This document shows, one piece after another, positions 25,209-40,184 of a stretch of DNA of 64,000 nucleotides. The stretch spans positions 21,772,865-21,836,864 of the forward strand of contig NC_068985.1 of assembly GCF_001194135.2 (NCBI RefSeq). The letters run 5' to 3'. Source of the stretch: Octopus bimaculoides. Taxonomy: Eukaryota. Under the pieces are notes generated by a model. The model worked only from the letters and a program-made list of their open reading frames with translations. It was not told the DNA's origin and made no database searches. A program made the position numbers and the translations under genes. The stretch's first letter is position 1. Each line of letters opens with the position of its first letter.

Positions 25209-28200
25209 AATCTGTAAATTGTTGCTAAAATTCTAGACTAAATCTAATGTATTTTAAAAAATAGTGTAAAGAATATTTCCAATTTAAACTTAGTGTTTGC
25301 TAAATATTATCAAAGGAAGATTATAGTTTAACAGTAAATATTTGTGAGAATCATTTGGCCTTTGTTATAAATAGCTTACTGCTTAAATGAATAAAATTAC
25401 AAAACTGAAGTTCTTATATGGGAAAACTTTATCCAAAGTAAAAAAATGCTATCAAAAAGATAATTATTCCAGAAAAAATTCACAATAATGAAAAATGGAT
25501 TTATTTGACAAACAAATAATTGTTTCAGTGGGATGCTTTTGCAGTGTGAATGAAATAAGTGTAGTTCAATAATATATGTAATTAAATAACTTGACCATTA
25601 ACCAATAGAGACAGCTAATTAATTTTATCGTTTGTTCGTTACATAAAAGAAAGAATGAATTTATAAGGATAATAATGTCAAGATTATAATGACAGAAGAA
25701 CAATAACAGTAGTGTGGAAAATCTAAAGAAGAAATATTTATTGTGTTCTGTTACTGCCGTGATTTGAATATAGGTGCCATAGTATGGTGTGGATAGCCAG
25801 ATTATTTTAAATCTAAAAAATATTGTTCTGGATCAATAAACAGAACAACATAGATTTTGAAATGTGAAGTTGACTGAAATAAATTAATGGATGTTATCAA
25901 GAATTTCATATTTTAGGATTAAAATTTTGATATGATAATATTTGTTCATTGCTATCAAAATAAAGGTTGGTGTGATTTGATGAATAAATAAAATAATTTT
26001 ATCAAACTAGAAAAAAAACAAAACATAATCGCTTTTGTAGATCCAGGCCAGCTTTTGGAAATTTAGTAATACATGCAAGATAATATTGGATTCATATGTT
26101 TGAAAGGAATCCTAAAAGGAATAACATTTGTAAAATGATACAAATAAATTGTTTCCAAACCTTTTATTAATTTATGATTGAATTATAAGAATTTATTCTG
26201 ATTTAATATCTTTTTTTTTAATAGGTCTATAATATTTCTGAGGCAAATTATGATTAATTGATCAGTTCATTTATATCAAATATCATATATTTAGTTCAGT
26301 ATTATGTATTTTTCCAATATGTTGCCAAAAAAAGTATTATATTCTGAAAAATAGGAATTGTAAATTTATTGATAAATGTTGTTAAATATCTTAGCAGGGT
26401 AATGGAAATAGTTGAGATAGGATGCCTTGTTTTGTTTTGGGCCCTCAACTCTTTGATGGAATTGTAGGGGGTTGATACCTTGATACTCAGTGTCTTGGGA
26501 ATTTTTAGAATGAATGGAGCCCATCACTCTCCACAGCTGATTTCTTCCAGTATGAGAGATAAACAGAGAAAGAATGAGTGAAAGAAAGAGAAGAATTAAC
26601 TCCAGAACAGGACTGGTATGTTATTCATCAACCCCAAAAAAAGTGAAAGGCAAAGTTGACCTCAGTAGGGTTTGAACCCAGATCACAGAAAGCCTGAAGG
26701 ATTATAACAAAGCAGTCTATCTGACACTCTAACAACTTTGCTACTTCATCACCAATGAGGCAGTATGGCTTCTTACTAAATACTTTACAGTCTGTTTAGT
26801 AAATATTGTAAAGTATTTAATTCACTCTTTATATTTTTGGCTTAAATCCTGCCACCAGACTCTATTTTGTTCTAAATTTAACAAAGTATCAATAATACAT
26901 GTTTGTGTTAATTTTAATCAATTATACTCTTTCCATAAAAAAACTGCCTGCATCTAGCCAAAAGAAATCAATAATTATTGAAGGTTTTCTTAGAAAAATT
27001 ATTTTGATTACTGAGTATTAAATTTGTGATGTGATAATTTTATTCAAAGCTTTATTTCAACTCTAATCAATTTGTCTTTTTGACAACAATAACAACAGTA
27101 TTGATACAGTATTACATTTCCTTCCATCGTTACCAAGTTATTTCTCAGGGTTTGACAAATGTATTCATTAATAATTCAAATTGCATGACATGTAAATTCT
27201 TCAAATAAAGATAATTTTTCTGTGAAGGAATTTAAGTGTTCGATTTCATCATTAAAAATATTTTTTCTCAAGGAGGCTATGACAAGTGACCAAGACCTTT
27301 GGTGATATGTTATGCTTGAGAAGACTCGTCAAACCAAGTGAAACCATAGTCATGACTGTTATCAGTGTCATGTAGATGACACCCATAAAATCTTAGTCGT
27401 GGCTATTGCTGGTGTCGTGTAAATGGCACCCATGCCGGTAGCATGTAAAAAGCACCCATTACACTCTTGAAGTGGTTGGCATTAGGAAAGGCATCCAACC
27501 ATAGAAACCATGCCAAATCAGACTGGAACTGGGTGCAGCCCTCCGGTTTATCAGTTCCAGTCAAACCATCTAAGTCATGCCAGCATGGAAAGCAGATGTT
27601 AAATGACAATGATGGTGATGATGATGATTATATGGGTGCAGGCATGGTTGTGTGGTTAAGAAGCACTTTTCCTAAACATGCAGTCTTGGGTTCAGCTCCA
27701 CTGCACAGTACCTTGGGCAAGTGTCTTCAGCTATAGCTATAGACTGACCAAAGCCATATGAGTGGGCAAAACAGACAGAAACTGAAAGAATTCCATGGTA
27801 TATGTCTGAGTGTGTGTGTGTTTGTGTGTACCATTGTCTTGACATCATGTAATGATTGTAAAAGAGCATCACTGTCATATAAACGATGTTGCTCATTTCC
27901 TATCTTCCATGATTAAATATTATCTTCACTTGAAAATAAGTGAGGGTTGGCAACAGGAAGGGCATTCAGCCAAACAAAATCTGCTTCAACAAATTCCATC
28001 TGACCCATGCAAACATGAAAAAGTAGACATTAAACGATGATGATGAGATGAAATTTCCATGGCAACCTCACTAGTACTGGTAGCATGACTAAAGCAGCCC
28101 CAGTACACTCTGTAAAGTGGTTGGCATTAGGAAGGGCATCTAGTTGTAGAAACCATGCCAAAGCTGACACTTGAGCTGGACACAGGCTCGCAGCTCACTG

Positions 28201-31200
28201 GATCCTGTCAAACTATCCAACCCATGCCAGCATGGAAAATAGACATCAAATGATGATGATGATGATGATACACATATACATACCTGTGTGTGTGTGTGTG
28301 TGCATGCGTGTGTGTGTGTGTGATTAGCATTTCACAATCACTTTTTCATGCTGGCATTAGGCCAGATGGTTTTTTTGAGGCAAAGTTTTATAGTTTGCTG
28401 TTCATCACCAACCCTTTTAGGTTAGTACACATGTAGAAGACAGTCAAAGAAAAAAAAGGGTAAAAGGCCATACAAACACACGAAAATGAGTTCAAATGCT
28501 TTACATAGTCAGCAGCAATACAAGACTATGGTTTGAATAACAACATCCTAAAAACATTCCCCTTTATACCAAAGAAACCCTGAAAGTGCATGCTGACATG
28601 AATAACAGGAATGTTAATGACCTCATTTACTCAAATTATTGCACTGAGATGAACACCATGGATGATGTGTGCAGAGGAAGAGCAATTATCACACTTCAAT
28701 CAAGCTCACTTTGTCTGGTTCTGTTGTGGCCACCACCAATAATATCTACAAGTATACAGCAACAGATTGGATCGTGGAGAAAACACCAAGCCATGGCAGC
28801 CAATTTGCATTCCATAAGATAAATCATTGCACATCAATGTGTCTAGTGTGATCTTCAACAACTGGGGACATAGAAGTGTGAACCACTGGACTTGTGAATC
28901 ATGCCTTCCCATTCTACCAATTACATGCCATAAATTTGTTCAGTTGGGATTGCCATAAATTTGTTCAGTCTCTCCTACACATATATACGCAACAGTTTAT
29001 CAGATGCTATAAGCTTTTACTTTAGTTGTGGGGAAGTACACAATCATCATTTCAGACACACATTTCACTCTAATGGTTCATACAAATGCACTTCCTTGTA
29101 ATTTCAAATACTTCATGTCAGTCATTTTCACAACAGATAATTATTGGAATTTATTTCCAGGAAGAAAATTCTTAAAAAATGAATTCTTGGTTTCTTATTA
29201 TTATATCAACTGGGTAATCTTTGACTTATTTTGTATGAAATCATTGTTGTCGCAAATTCAAATTAAATATATTTTTAAACAATCAATTCAATATTAAAAT
29301 TAGTTTTAATAATTATAATTTAAAATATCAGAACTTAAAAATAATACTGGTGTCATGTAAAAAGCACCCATGCTGGTGCCATATATGAAGCACTTGTGAT
29401 GGTGCTATGCATAAAGCACTGGTGCTGGTGCCTCATAAAAGGCAGCCAGTTACACTCTGTACAGTAGTCAGCATTAAGAAGGTCATCCAGATATAGAAAC
29501 CATTGCCAAAACAGACAACAGGAGCCAGGTACAGCTCTCTGGCTTGCCAGCTCCTGTCAAACCACCCATCCCATGCCAGCATAGAAAATGGATGTTAAAT
29601 GACGACGATGATGATGGTGACAGTGATGGCAATGGTGATGACACTTGAACTAAATTGGAATGTAAAAGTATAAATTGAAATGCATGTTCTGCTTCTAAAA
29701 TTTGTCAACTACTTGTATCCTCTCATACCTCTTATCTTTTTGCAGTGTTTTGTGACTAAATTCACTCGCACAATAAGTTGTGATATGCTGTCATGTGATA
29801 TATGTGTAACATATTAGGGATTTAAAGCTATAATAAAACAACAGAATCTAAGGGATCCAGTGATGGTCGGTGCTGATAACAGTAACACAAAGAGCTCAAA
29901 CAGTGGAATAAATTTGGGGTCATTATGAACAAGAGAAATATACTTCTTTGGCTAATCTTACTTGATACTACATACTTAACATCAAGTTTATTCTGCCAAT
30001 ACTATTATTTCAAACAAACATGTCAGAGGGGTCATATTATTTAGAAAATAATTCCCTATTTCTTTGTTATTTTTGAAAACATTGTCTTATACCTATACAT
30101 TTATTGAATTGTAAACGCACATGCATATGCATGTTTCTACATGGTTGTATTCCTGTTGTATCCCCTTGTCTTGCTCCAATTTATTATAAGCACCCTACCT
30201 TTTTTCTATTATATTTTGTCCCGCCAGCCTTTTCTCTTCCTTTTATCAAGCTTTTCTTCGGCTATATATTTTGCTTCTTTCTTTCCAAACCATCTTTCTC
30301 ACTTGTCTCTGCACCTTTGACGCAATTTTTGTAATCAAGTACATGAATACACACACTATGATATAATAAAATATAACATACATACACACACACACACACA
30401 CACATACATACATGGTTCCCAATTCAATCACACTCTCTGCTTCTACTACAGTTCTTGGTTGACCAACTTATTGTCAATGAAATTTGGTAGATGGAAGCTA
30501 TGTGGCAGATAGCAGATACATGTATGTGTGTGTATAAAATCTTATTGGTTAGTCAGAAAAAGAATACAATCACTATGAGTAATACAGTACAGATCATTGA
30601 GACAAACAAGGCAGCTATAAGTAGAATGCTGCCAAATATTGAGTCAATTTGATCAACTGTTTCCTCAATAGAAAAAGATTATTTAGAAGCTGAAATCCTC
30701 CTACTTCTCACATAAAAAATGCTATATATCTCTGATCTGAATATTTAAGGTAGTGGACCTGTTATGATGTTCCCAATTACCACTTGTTTAACAATGTACC
30801 TTAAACCTCTTTCCAGCAGTTGATAAGGGTTACATCTTAACCTTTTCCTAAAAACTTACATCTGTTATGTATACCTGTTAATATAGTCACAAATTCGAAT
30901 TTCAAAAAATTGCATTGGTGCTAACACGAAAACATTTATGTAAAATCAAAAAACGAAACAACTTTAAAATGGGAAATTTTCATAATGTGGAATGTTGGCC
31001 GGCGCAGACCATTGTTAGTTTCCTTGGTTTCTTATCTGTTTTTGAAAACATTATCGACGATCAACATTCGAAATCCGTTTTCACAATGTCACAAAGGCAT
31101 TTCTTAATTTAATTATGATCTACAAAGACTATAGCAGTTAAAGTTAAACTAAAGGAAACTTCATGTTTATAATGTCATACAAGTTAAAAGATTCACGAGC

Positions 31201-31824
31201 TATCGTCTTCAAAGGGCGATGACGACAGCAACGATGACAAATAGACCCATGTACGACCATTTTCGATTATCAGGCCGTCACCGTTATATGTAATGGTAAT
31301 TCTCAGCTCAAATCCCTTAAAGGTAATGTTGTAGTTTATGTTCCTAATTAAATTCACAAAATAAAGTTTTGTTTAAATAAAAAAAAGTTTCATGGTCTTA
31401 GACATACAAACCGATTACATACACAAACGCATTAATGGTCACTTCAGTGAAAATTTTTTGATTTTCTTTCTCGTAATTTCTTTCTTTATTTTATTTGCTT
31501 CTCATGCAATGTAAGACAAAACAGTATAATTGTTTAGTATCTGATGAGCTTTAATCAAAGGACCTATAAACGAACGCTTTCCAACCACATCCGTTTTTTT
31601 TTATTATTGTATATCTAGGATTACACAGAGATCGCGGAGCCCCCAATTTTTCAGTAAAACAATACTGAAGCACACTATCAATCGCTGGATTCATTAATTA
31701 GCATTAAAGCTTTCTTTGACATCTACTTTTCACTTAAACGTGCTTGTGACTAAGGTCGATTCATCTTTCAACATTAATGTACATTTAAATTAGCAAATTT
31801 AAAAGCCATAGATGTTATAAAATG

Positions 31825-32005
31825 GGTACTACTAAAGCAGCACGGTCCCGAACGCGCAGTCGTACAGTCGCGCGTTCGCGCTAGCTAGTCGTGAGTGGTC
31901 GACCCTAACCCTTAACACGTATTCATTTGCACACGCGGGTTAGGGTTAGGATCAACCACTCACGACTAGCTTGCGCGTTCGGGACCGTGCTGCTTTAGTA
32001 GTACC
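31825..32005. mobile_element. 181-bp GC-rich MITE with 34-bp perfect TIRs and 8-bp TSD (possibly Merlin superfamily)
   Basis: TIR ggtactactaaagcagcacggtcccgaacgcgca; TSD ataaaatg at 31817-31824 and 32006-32013. Confidence 0.85.
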
Positions 32006-34974
32006 ATAAAATGTTTTAAGTCTTCACTGCATGCTAACATTTATTTTATTTTATTAACCCTCCCACTCATAAAGAGCTCCTTAGTGCCTGCTACACTGTT
32101 AATAAAATGTTGGTATCAAATATTACTTATATCCTTTCCTCATTCAAGTTAACTTTCATTTTGTTTATTTTCGAACGTAAACTACAATATTATCCACAGA
32201 AATGATTGTTTTCAAGCTTATTACCACATATAGAAAACATTTCCAACGAATTCAAAAAAATATCTTCTTCATGAGTACCGAAATATCAATCCCACCAAAC
32301 TCGTCATGTTTTTTCTACAGTCCCTTACTTCTCAAGATTAATACTTGAGGTGAAATAGTCACCAGATAAAAAATTCGAACCATGCAAAGATGGTCGCTAA
32401 GGAAAACTGTTTAGGTCCCAGAGCAGTAACTAAGGAAGTAGATAAGAAGCTTAAGAAATGCAAGAAAAATAAGTCACATGAATTATTTCCCTTATCACCT
32501 TATTACGTCATCTTTTAATTTTTAGTTCTTTTTGTTTGTTTTTGAGAGATTAAAGTCAGTAGAGACTCCTACACATTTTAAAGCTATTTCCGAGAAAAGA
32601 TTTTGTCGGTTTTGGTATGATTTTGTCATTAATATTAGTTGTGTTTTGTTCAGCTGAAATAGATAGTCCTTCATAATACCGATAGTAATCCATTTATGTT
32701 GCAAATAAGGGAGGGGAACAAAAATGCCAGAAAATCTCACCCACCACCTATGTATGTAAAATAAACTTAGTGGTTTCAACGAATTTCAGTTGAATTCGTT
32801 CGTGGGAATTGTATCTGCACTATGCTTTGTTTCGAAAAATAATAACATTACAAAAGCAAGTGTGGGTTTAGTTAGGTTCTTTAAGTTCAAAAGCCACTTG
32901 AGTCTATATCTTAAATTTATGTATAACACCAGCAACTCATTTAACGGCAATGTTAAGATTTGCAATTGACACTAGAAAGGCAACATAAAATTTACTCAAT
33001 CCATCATACTGTAAATAGCTACCATATGGAGGTATATAGTTTACCCATAAAGAACAAAAGCTATGTATGACTGATTTCTTGCATTGACAAAAGGTTTATA
33101 CATTCGTAGGGTAGCAAAGTATTATAAATTGAATCCAACTCAGTACGGGAATGGTGCCTATATATACGCCTTCCCAACCCCTGAGATGTAGCACACAACC
33201 TCTTTCTCTTTTCCTGTGGAGCTTTTAGTTTATAAAGTAGAGGAACCATGTCAAATGGCTCTTTACTTCTTTATGATTAACAAGTGTTTCTTTAGCTGTT
33301 AGTACAGTGATATAATGTTGCTGTGAGAATGAAGTAAGCAACAGAATTCCACTAATGTAACTCCTTTTGAATAACATTAAGAGCTTTTTCACCGACACTT
33401 TAATGACATAATGGATTATAAAACATTAAGGAAACATATACAAGGAAACATATATAACAAGCTTCAAGGAACCCTCCTCCTCGTCATTTGTCATCATCAT
33501 CATCATCATTACTTTTTCATGCTTGCATATATCAGATGGAATTTGTTGAGACAGCTTGTCTGGTAAGTGGATTTGGTAGACAGAAATTGAAATCTACTTA
33601 CCAGACTTTAGACAGTCCTGAGCTATAGTAGAAGACACTTGTCCAAAGTGCCATGAGACCAGATGGCTGGAAAGCAAGTTTTTTAACCACACAGCCAAGT
33701 CTAAGCCTATCCCAGTCATGCTTGTGCTATTCACAGTCATACTTGTGCATATCATAGCCATGTCTCCACCTATTAAAAATAATAAGATAAGGCAGAAAAT
33801 GAGTGCACTTTTACACAATAGTTTGACTAGCTAGGAATAGTAACCGAATTTCCCTCACACCATATAGTCTTGAAAGGGGAATAGATATTTGATGATGCAG
33901 TTCTGAATGTACACTGATGAAACATTGGCAAAACAGTGAAAAATGTTAAAAGAAGATGGGATGGCCAAGGCTGGAATACCATTTATTATAGATGTACTCA
34001 ATCAGGGATAACCTGGGGCTAAACAACAACACAATTCAGAAAAGCTTTAAGGCTAATTGTTAATATATTTATCTAATGAAATTAAGGATGTACTTAGTAA
34101 GTCATGTGTGGTATGTGAATTTTTTTAATTTTACAGATTAATAACTAAGCTGCAAGTTGAAATTTATTGCATAATCCTCATCCTCATCTGCAGCAGCATT
34201 AGAATATTATTTAATGTGTTCAAACAAATTTTCTGAACAATCTTTTGTGTGGAATTTTTGGCGATTATTAACAATTCAGAAAAAGGAAAAGATCATTTAA
34301 TGAACTATGTTTGGCCTGAATATCTAAATCATAAAAATAAGCACTGATAATCAATTAAAACAACCAATAAATAATGCATGAATCTGTTGACTAATATTGC
34401 ATATTTTCTTTTATTTTACTGTTTCTTCAGAAAGACATCTGTCATTAATTTCAACACATGCATTTCTTCTTGTACACAAAATCATGAAATTGTAAATAAC
34501 AAGTAAGTGTGAACTCTACTTTAATCAGTTGGTTATAAAATATAATTTATAATAGTATTTTATCAGAAATAGGTAAAGTCAAACATTACACAATAGACTT
34601 CTTATTTCATTGCCTTGTTTACTACCACAACCGGCATTTTGGGTACCTTTAGCAGAGCCCATTCTGTTGCAAGCAATTAGGTGAGGTTTCCAACTTGAGG
34701 ATACCTTCCTTTCTTCCTCCCACCAGTTTCATAGACCCTAAAATGGATCATATGCTCTGTCCTTCTGACTAACTGATAAAAAAGAAATTCTCAAATAGCG
34801 GATTGACAGAATTGTTAAAATGTCAGACAAACTACTTTGCATCATTTGGTTCCAGACCTTTATATTCTGAGTTCAAATCTCACTAAGGTCATCTTCATCT
34901 TTCATCCTTCTTAGTTTTGATAAGATTAAAACATCAGTCAACTACTGGGATTGATTTAATTGATTTAATTGATT

Positions 34975-35600
34975 GAAATACATTTGAAGGACACTTCCTG
35001 AAGACTTGAAGAAGATAGTTACATTGACATGAAGCAAAGCTTCTCTTGGATTCATGACCACTACATTACACTTCAAAGGCTGTACATTTGTAATCCAAGA
35101 ACAGGAGATTGCTACTAAATACTCAATCAACAAAAGAGACAGTAAAACCGTTGGAGCTCCAAAGTGCAATTGGAAATGTAGATTATGTCATGTGTCTGTG
35201 GAAGACATATGATAAGCAGCTGCCCAAAAATGTCTTCAAGATACTACCTTGTCACAAAAACAATATACAATGTCATTCAGAAAAAAAGACTGTTCTGGAA
35301 TAAATATAGAGAATTCCTCTGTTAATGAATATAATGACAAATATCAACACAAGGAATACTGGTGGAACATTCCCATCAAAACATCTGTTAAATCTATACA
35401 TAACAGGCTAGATATTGTTGTTTGGGACAGACAAGAAAAAATATGCACCATCATGGCGGTCAGTTGTCCTGCTAATGTGAATATTTCTTTGAAAATCAAA
35501 GAGAAAGAGGATAACTACGGACAACTGCTTTGAAATCTCTCACTTCTATATCCAGATTATAAATTGACATTTATACCAATAACAATTGGTGCACTTGGTT
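34975..35600 (+). mobile_element. R4/Dong-like non-LTR retroelement fragment (RLE domain)
   Basis: EYWWNIP..NRLDIVVWD..VSCP..N..K.KE..Y..L...LYPDY..IPITIGALG; stops and frameshifts. Confidence 0.75.
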
Positions 35601-36645
35601 TTGTGAGTAAACATAAACACACACACACACACACACTTATACAACAAAGCTGTTGTATTGTTTATGTGAGTGCTTGTGTTTATGTGTGTGTAAGTTGACA
35701 TCTCACTGGTTCACTTGTTATTGCTTGAATTAAACAGTGATATGATGTTTACGTTCCTTGTTGACTTTATACCAGATGCTCTGCACTTTCTAAGACCTGT
35801 GGAATAAGGAACAAGCAAGTGTTGGCAACAAGAAGAGCATCAAACCACAAAATCCAGTGTCAAATAAGTTCCTCTCCAACCCATACTAGCATGGGATAAT
35901 GGATGTTATACAAATGAACAAATAAAGGACACTGTGTTTCCTAGGTTTCTTCAAACAATTGATTTCAGCTGAGAATTCCAAACAAATCTCTTTTGTTCTG
36001 TATTCACTGGAATAGAAGATGAAATGTAAATATCGATGACACTACAGTATTGTCATGAGGAACAGCTATTAACTATCCCTACGGCCAGACATATTTCTTG
36101 CTGGTTTGAATCAAACATCACTTGAATGATGGTGATGTTCACTTACAACCATCACATGGTGTCAAATCAAGGTGGGTGCTCACATACACACCCACTCAAA
36201 ACACTCTCTCACACACACACACACAAACACACATATATATATACTTTCCACGCTAGCATGGGTTGGACTTTCAGCTTCTGTCTATCAAATTCACTCACAA
36301 GGCTTGGGGCTCTAGCAGAAGATGCTTGTACAAGGTGTTACACCATATAACTAAACCTAAGATCACATGGTTATGAATCAAGTTTCTTAGCCATGCAGTC
36401 ATACCTCTCTCTATAAAATAACACTTTATAAAAAAAAACTTGTCATTTATAATGCTACTGCATATTAGAGCCATTTGATAAGAAACCTATTCAGGGCCTC
36501 ACATTGCAACCATGTAGTTTTGGGCCCATTTCCACAGTACAGCACCTTGGGCAAGTGTCTTTTACTATAGCCCTAGGATAATCAATGCTTATGAATGAAT
36601 TTGGTTGACAGGAACTCTGTTGAAGCTTATCATCTACATGTATGT

Positions 36646-37230
36646 AAACTGAACCACAAAAGAAATGCTGCGTATATACTAAATAGAAACTGGTTTATTA
36701 ACAGAATGCCATAGCATTGATTGAAGAGTGCTAATTAAGAAACTGTTCTTTCCTAATGATAAAACACCATTTCCTGAAACATGTTTGACGTCACATGGTG
36801 TCACATGATGACGGAGTGTCCTGGATCCAAAGAGATGAACTCAATATTTCATGTGACCACCGTTAGCATTGATTACCACCAAGCATCTTCTGTATACTGA
36901 ATGCACCAAATGATTGATCAAGGCTATGGGTATAGCAGCCCATACTCTGTTAAAACTTGCAGTGAGTTGTGCTGCAGTCGTTGGCCTTGGACAGATGTCA
37001 TTTAGCCTTCTTTGGACTTCATCCCACAAGTGCTCTATGGGATTCAAGTCCGGACTTAGGGCAGGCTATGGCAGAGTCTGGATGTTGTGCTGTTGGAGGA
37101 AGTCTGTTGTCAACCTGGCAGTATGGGTACGGGCGTTGTCGTGTTGGAACACGTGATTCCGATGATGGGTAAAATATGACACAATGTGAAGCCTCAACAC
37201 TTGGTCGATGTAGTGAGCAGTGGTTACTCC
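36646..37230 (-). mobile_element. Tc1-like (DD34E) transposon 3' fragment
   Basis: FQHDNARTH...LP*PALSPDLNPIEHLWDE: D to E spacing is 34, with Trp changed to a stop. Left boundary approximate. Confidence 0.85.
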
Positions 37231-39515
37231 ATTGCCCTGGCTGCAAAATTTTTTTTCCTACAAGAGTAATGAACTCATTTGCATACAGCCAATCAGAGCT
37301 CACCTTGAAAATCCACATACTGTATACTATTAGAGTACAGCCAATCAGGCATAGAATGGTGTATGCCACTCTGTGAGTACAGCATAGCAGGTCTCACATA
37401 AGCACCACATTCCCACCACCCATCATTCTCATACATCAACTGAGCACCATCTCTATATAAAGATAAGTTTAGCACATTAAATTAACACATAATATCTTCA
37501 ATGACGCTACCACTGAATTTAGGACGTTTTTATTACTTATGAGGTAGTCTATATTTTTCAGCTAAAGTGTAGTTTTGTCTCAAGGGGATGGTACAAACCT
37601 AGCAATATGTGTTCTATAGTGAAAACAATATTTCCATTCAAATGGCAATTACTGGACGATTTTCTGTTTGAGTATAACTGTTTTAAGTCATTAGGCATAT
37701 GAATATTGTATAAATTTTGTAATTGAAAAATTTACTATATTTTGTACATATGAGTAAACTCTGCCAAATCAGACTGGAGCCTGGTGTTGCCATCCGGTTT
37801 CACCAGTCCTCAGTCAAATCGTCCAACCCATGCTAGCATGGAAAGCGGACGTTAAACGATGATGATGATGATGATGAGTATGCCAGCCTGCGGGTGCAAT
37901 AAAATGGGCTCGCAGGTGCAATTACACCCATGGGCAGGAGTTTCCCCACCCTTGGAGTACAGGATTATCTCATAATCATGAGTTCAAGCTTTACTGTAGT
38001 CATTGTATGCTTTCCTGGGTGTGTCACGAGCCCTAGGAATCATAAGACAAGAGTTTAACCTGGTTTACATAGTGTGTAAGTGACTGAGATGACAATACTC
38101 CCCAATGTGTGGGTTATCAGTCTATTGCTGGGTTAACTCACCTGCTATTGCTGGGTTAACTCACCTGCTATTGCTGGTACTCCTTCATAGCTGAGTGGAT
38201 GGAACAACGTGAAATGAAGTGTTTTATTCAATAACACAATGTACTTCCTAGTCTGAGAATCGAAACCTTGATCTTATGATCATGAGTACAACATCCTAAC
38301 CACTAGGCCATGCACCTTCACATGCTTTTCTAGGCGAAGCACATAATTCTACTTTGCTCAGTTTGCCTAGCTGATAGTAGGTTGAATGGCTTGCGGTTGA
38401 AAGGGCATCTTGTTTTAAAACAATTGCTTCATCAAATATCTCTTGTACTTAAACAACTTAAACTAGCATGGAGAAAGTAGATGTAAAAATGACAGCAAAG
38501 AAGGCTTAGCAAGTAACAATATCAAGAAACTTCCAGGAGATAATTAATTATACATCCATATTTCAACAACTCATTGTATTTACTTACTAGAAGTGATAAG
38601 TGATATTATGTCAGATGCTGTAGATTTCTAGTGACCCTCATGCAATAAGTGATGTTTTAGTCATGCACTGTTTTTCACCAGTTTTATTTGCCAGTAAAAG
38701 GAAAATATTCCTGTAGTTTATTTGGCTGATAAAGCAGAAAGCCACATACAATGTCATATCTTTTGTAGTGGGTTTCATTTTGACTAACAATAGTATTTAA
38801 CAGCCACTTATTTAACTGAATATAGAAACAAGAATGAAGGTGAACTCTGGCAGGGTTTGCCCTCAAATTATAAAGACACATAACTAATCATTGTTTTATA
38901 TTAACCGACCATTCTACCAAGCCACCAGAACATTACCAACAATAACAATAATTGTTTCTAAGATAAAAGAGAAAGTTTGAAATTTGGGAGAAGGGGTATA
39001 ATTGATTTTATTGACTCTAGTTCTTGACTGATACTTTAATTTATGGACCCCTGAAGAATGAGGCAAAGTTAACTTTTGAACATAGAACTGAAAATGTCAA
39101 CAAATACTGCATGACTTTTTTTTTTCAAAGCTCTTATAATTCGGCCAATATATCCTCCTCAATGATATTTCCTGTCTTAAGTAGAAGACCTCAAGTTTGG
39201 GAGAGTGATTATATCAACTCCAATACTTGACTTTATTTCATCAATCCTGGAAGGCTGAAAGATGAAGTTGATCTTGGCTGCATTGGAAACCAGAATATAA
39301 AGAGCTGTTAAAAATAACAGTGCTCTAACAATTCTATCAATCCACCACTATTCTTGTTCCTGGGCAGTAAGTGTTATTTGCTAATTTCTTGTGTTGATAA
39401 AGTATAGAAAACCATTATTACTTCCTTTAAAATTTGCTTTTGTGATCTGGATAATGATAATTCGAAATTTACTAATTTCTTATGGGGAATTTGTACATTT
39501 TCATTTACATAAGGT

Positions 39516-39700
39516 TTGAAGGAGTGGCTGTGTGGTAAGTAAGTAGTTTGCTTCCTAACCACATGGTTCTGGGTTCAGTCCCACAGCATGGCACCTTGGG
39601 TAAGTGTCTTCTACTATAGCCTCAGGCTGACCAAAGCCTTGTGAGCGGATTTGGTAGATGGAAACTGAAAGAAGCCTGTCATATGTGTGTGTGTGTGTGC

Positions 39701-39741
<41 letters not shown>

Positions 39742-39887
39742 TCCCCCCAACACCATTTGACAACTGATGCTGGTGTGTTTATGTCCCCGTAACTTAGCGG
39801 TTCGGCAAAAGAGACTGATAGGATAAGTACTAGGTTTACAAAGAATAAGTCCTGGGGTTGATTTGCTTGACTAAAAGTGGTGCTCCA
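39516..39887 (+). mobile_element. tRNA-head SINE with internal (TG)n tract
   Basis: Same family as 43658-44032. Confidence 0.8.
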
Positions 39888-39904
39888 GGTGGTGGTCAGA
39901 AATA

Positions 39905-40130
39905 AGATAAAGGATGACTCGTCCAAGAAAATAACATTCCTCCACTGCTCTAGGGACCAATTCTGTAGGTTTTTACTCCACTCTAAATGCTTTGCAACAT
40001 TTGTATTTGAAAGTAGTGGTTTTCTGATTGTAGCCCTCCTGTAGATCTCTGATCAAATTGTTGAGGTATTTTTGGTTGTTGTGTAACTCCTTAACTGCAC
40101 CTCAGAAATTGCGATCTGAGCCTACATTTT
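39905..40130 (-). mobile_element. Tc1-like transposase fragment
   Basis: RKPLLSNTNVAKHLEWSKNLQNWSLEQWRNVIFLDES (first catalytic D motif). Confidence 0.7.
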
Positions 40131-40184
40131 TCCCCATTCTGACATGCTCTCTGTTTCTCTGTCTCTGCCCCCACTCTCTCTCCT

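Noticed and set aside
28586-28920. Overlapping short ORFs in unique-looking DNA
   Set aside because: No motif or consistent splice sites; probably a decayed element.
31900-31950. TTAGGG units as an interstitial telomere
   Set aside because: Only about two units per arm, inside the MITE; not an array.
34137-34350. Good + strand acceptor at 34136 with protein-like patches
   Set aside because: All frames hit stops before any credible donor.
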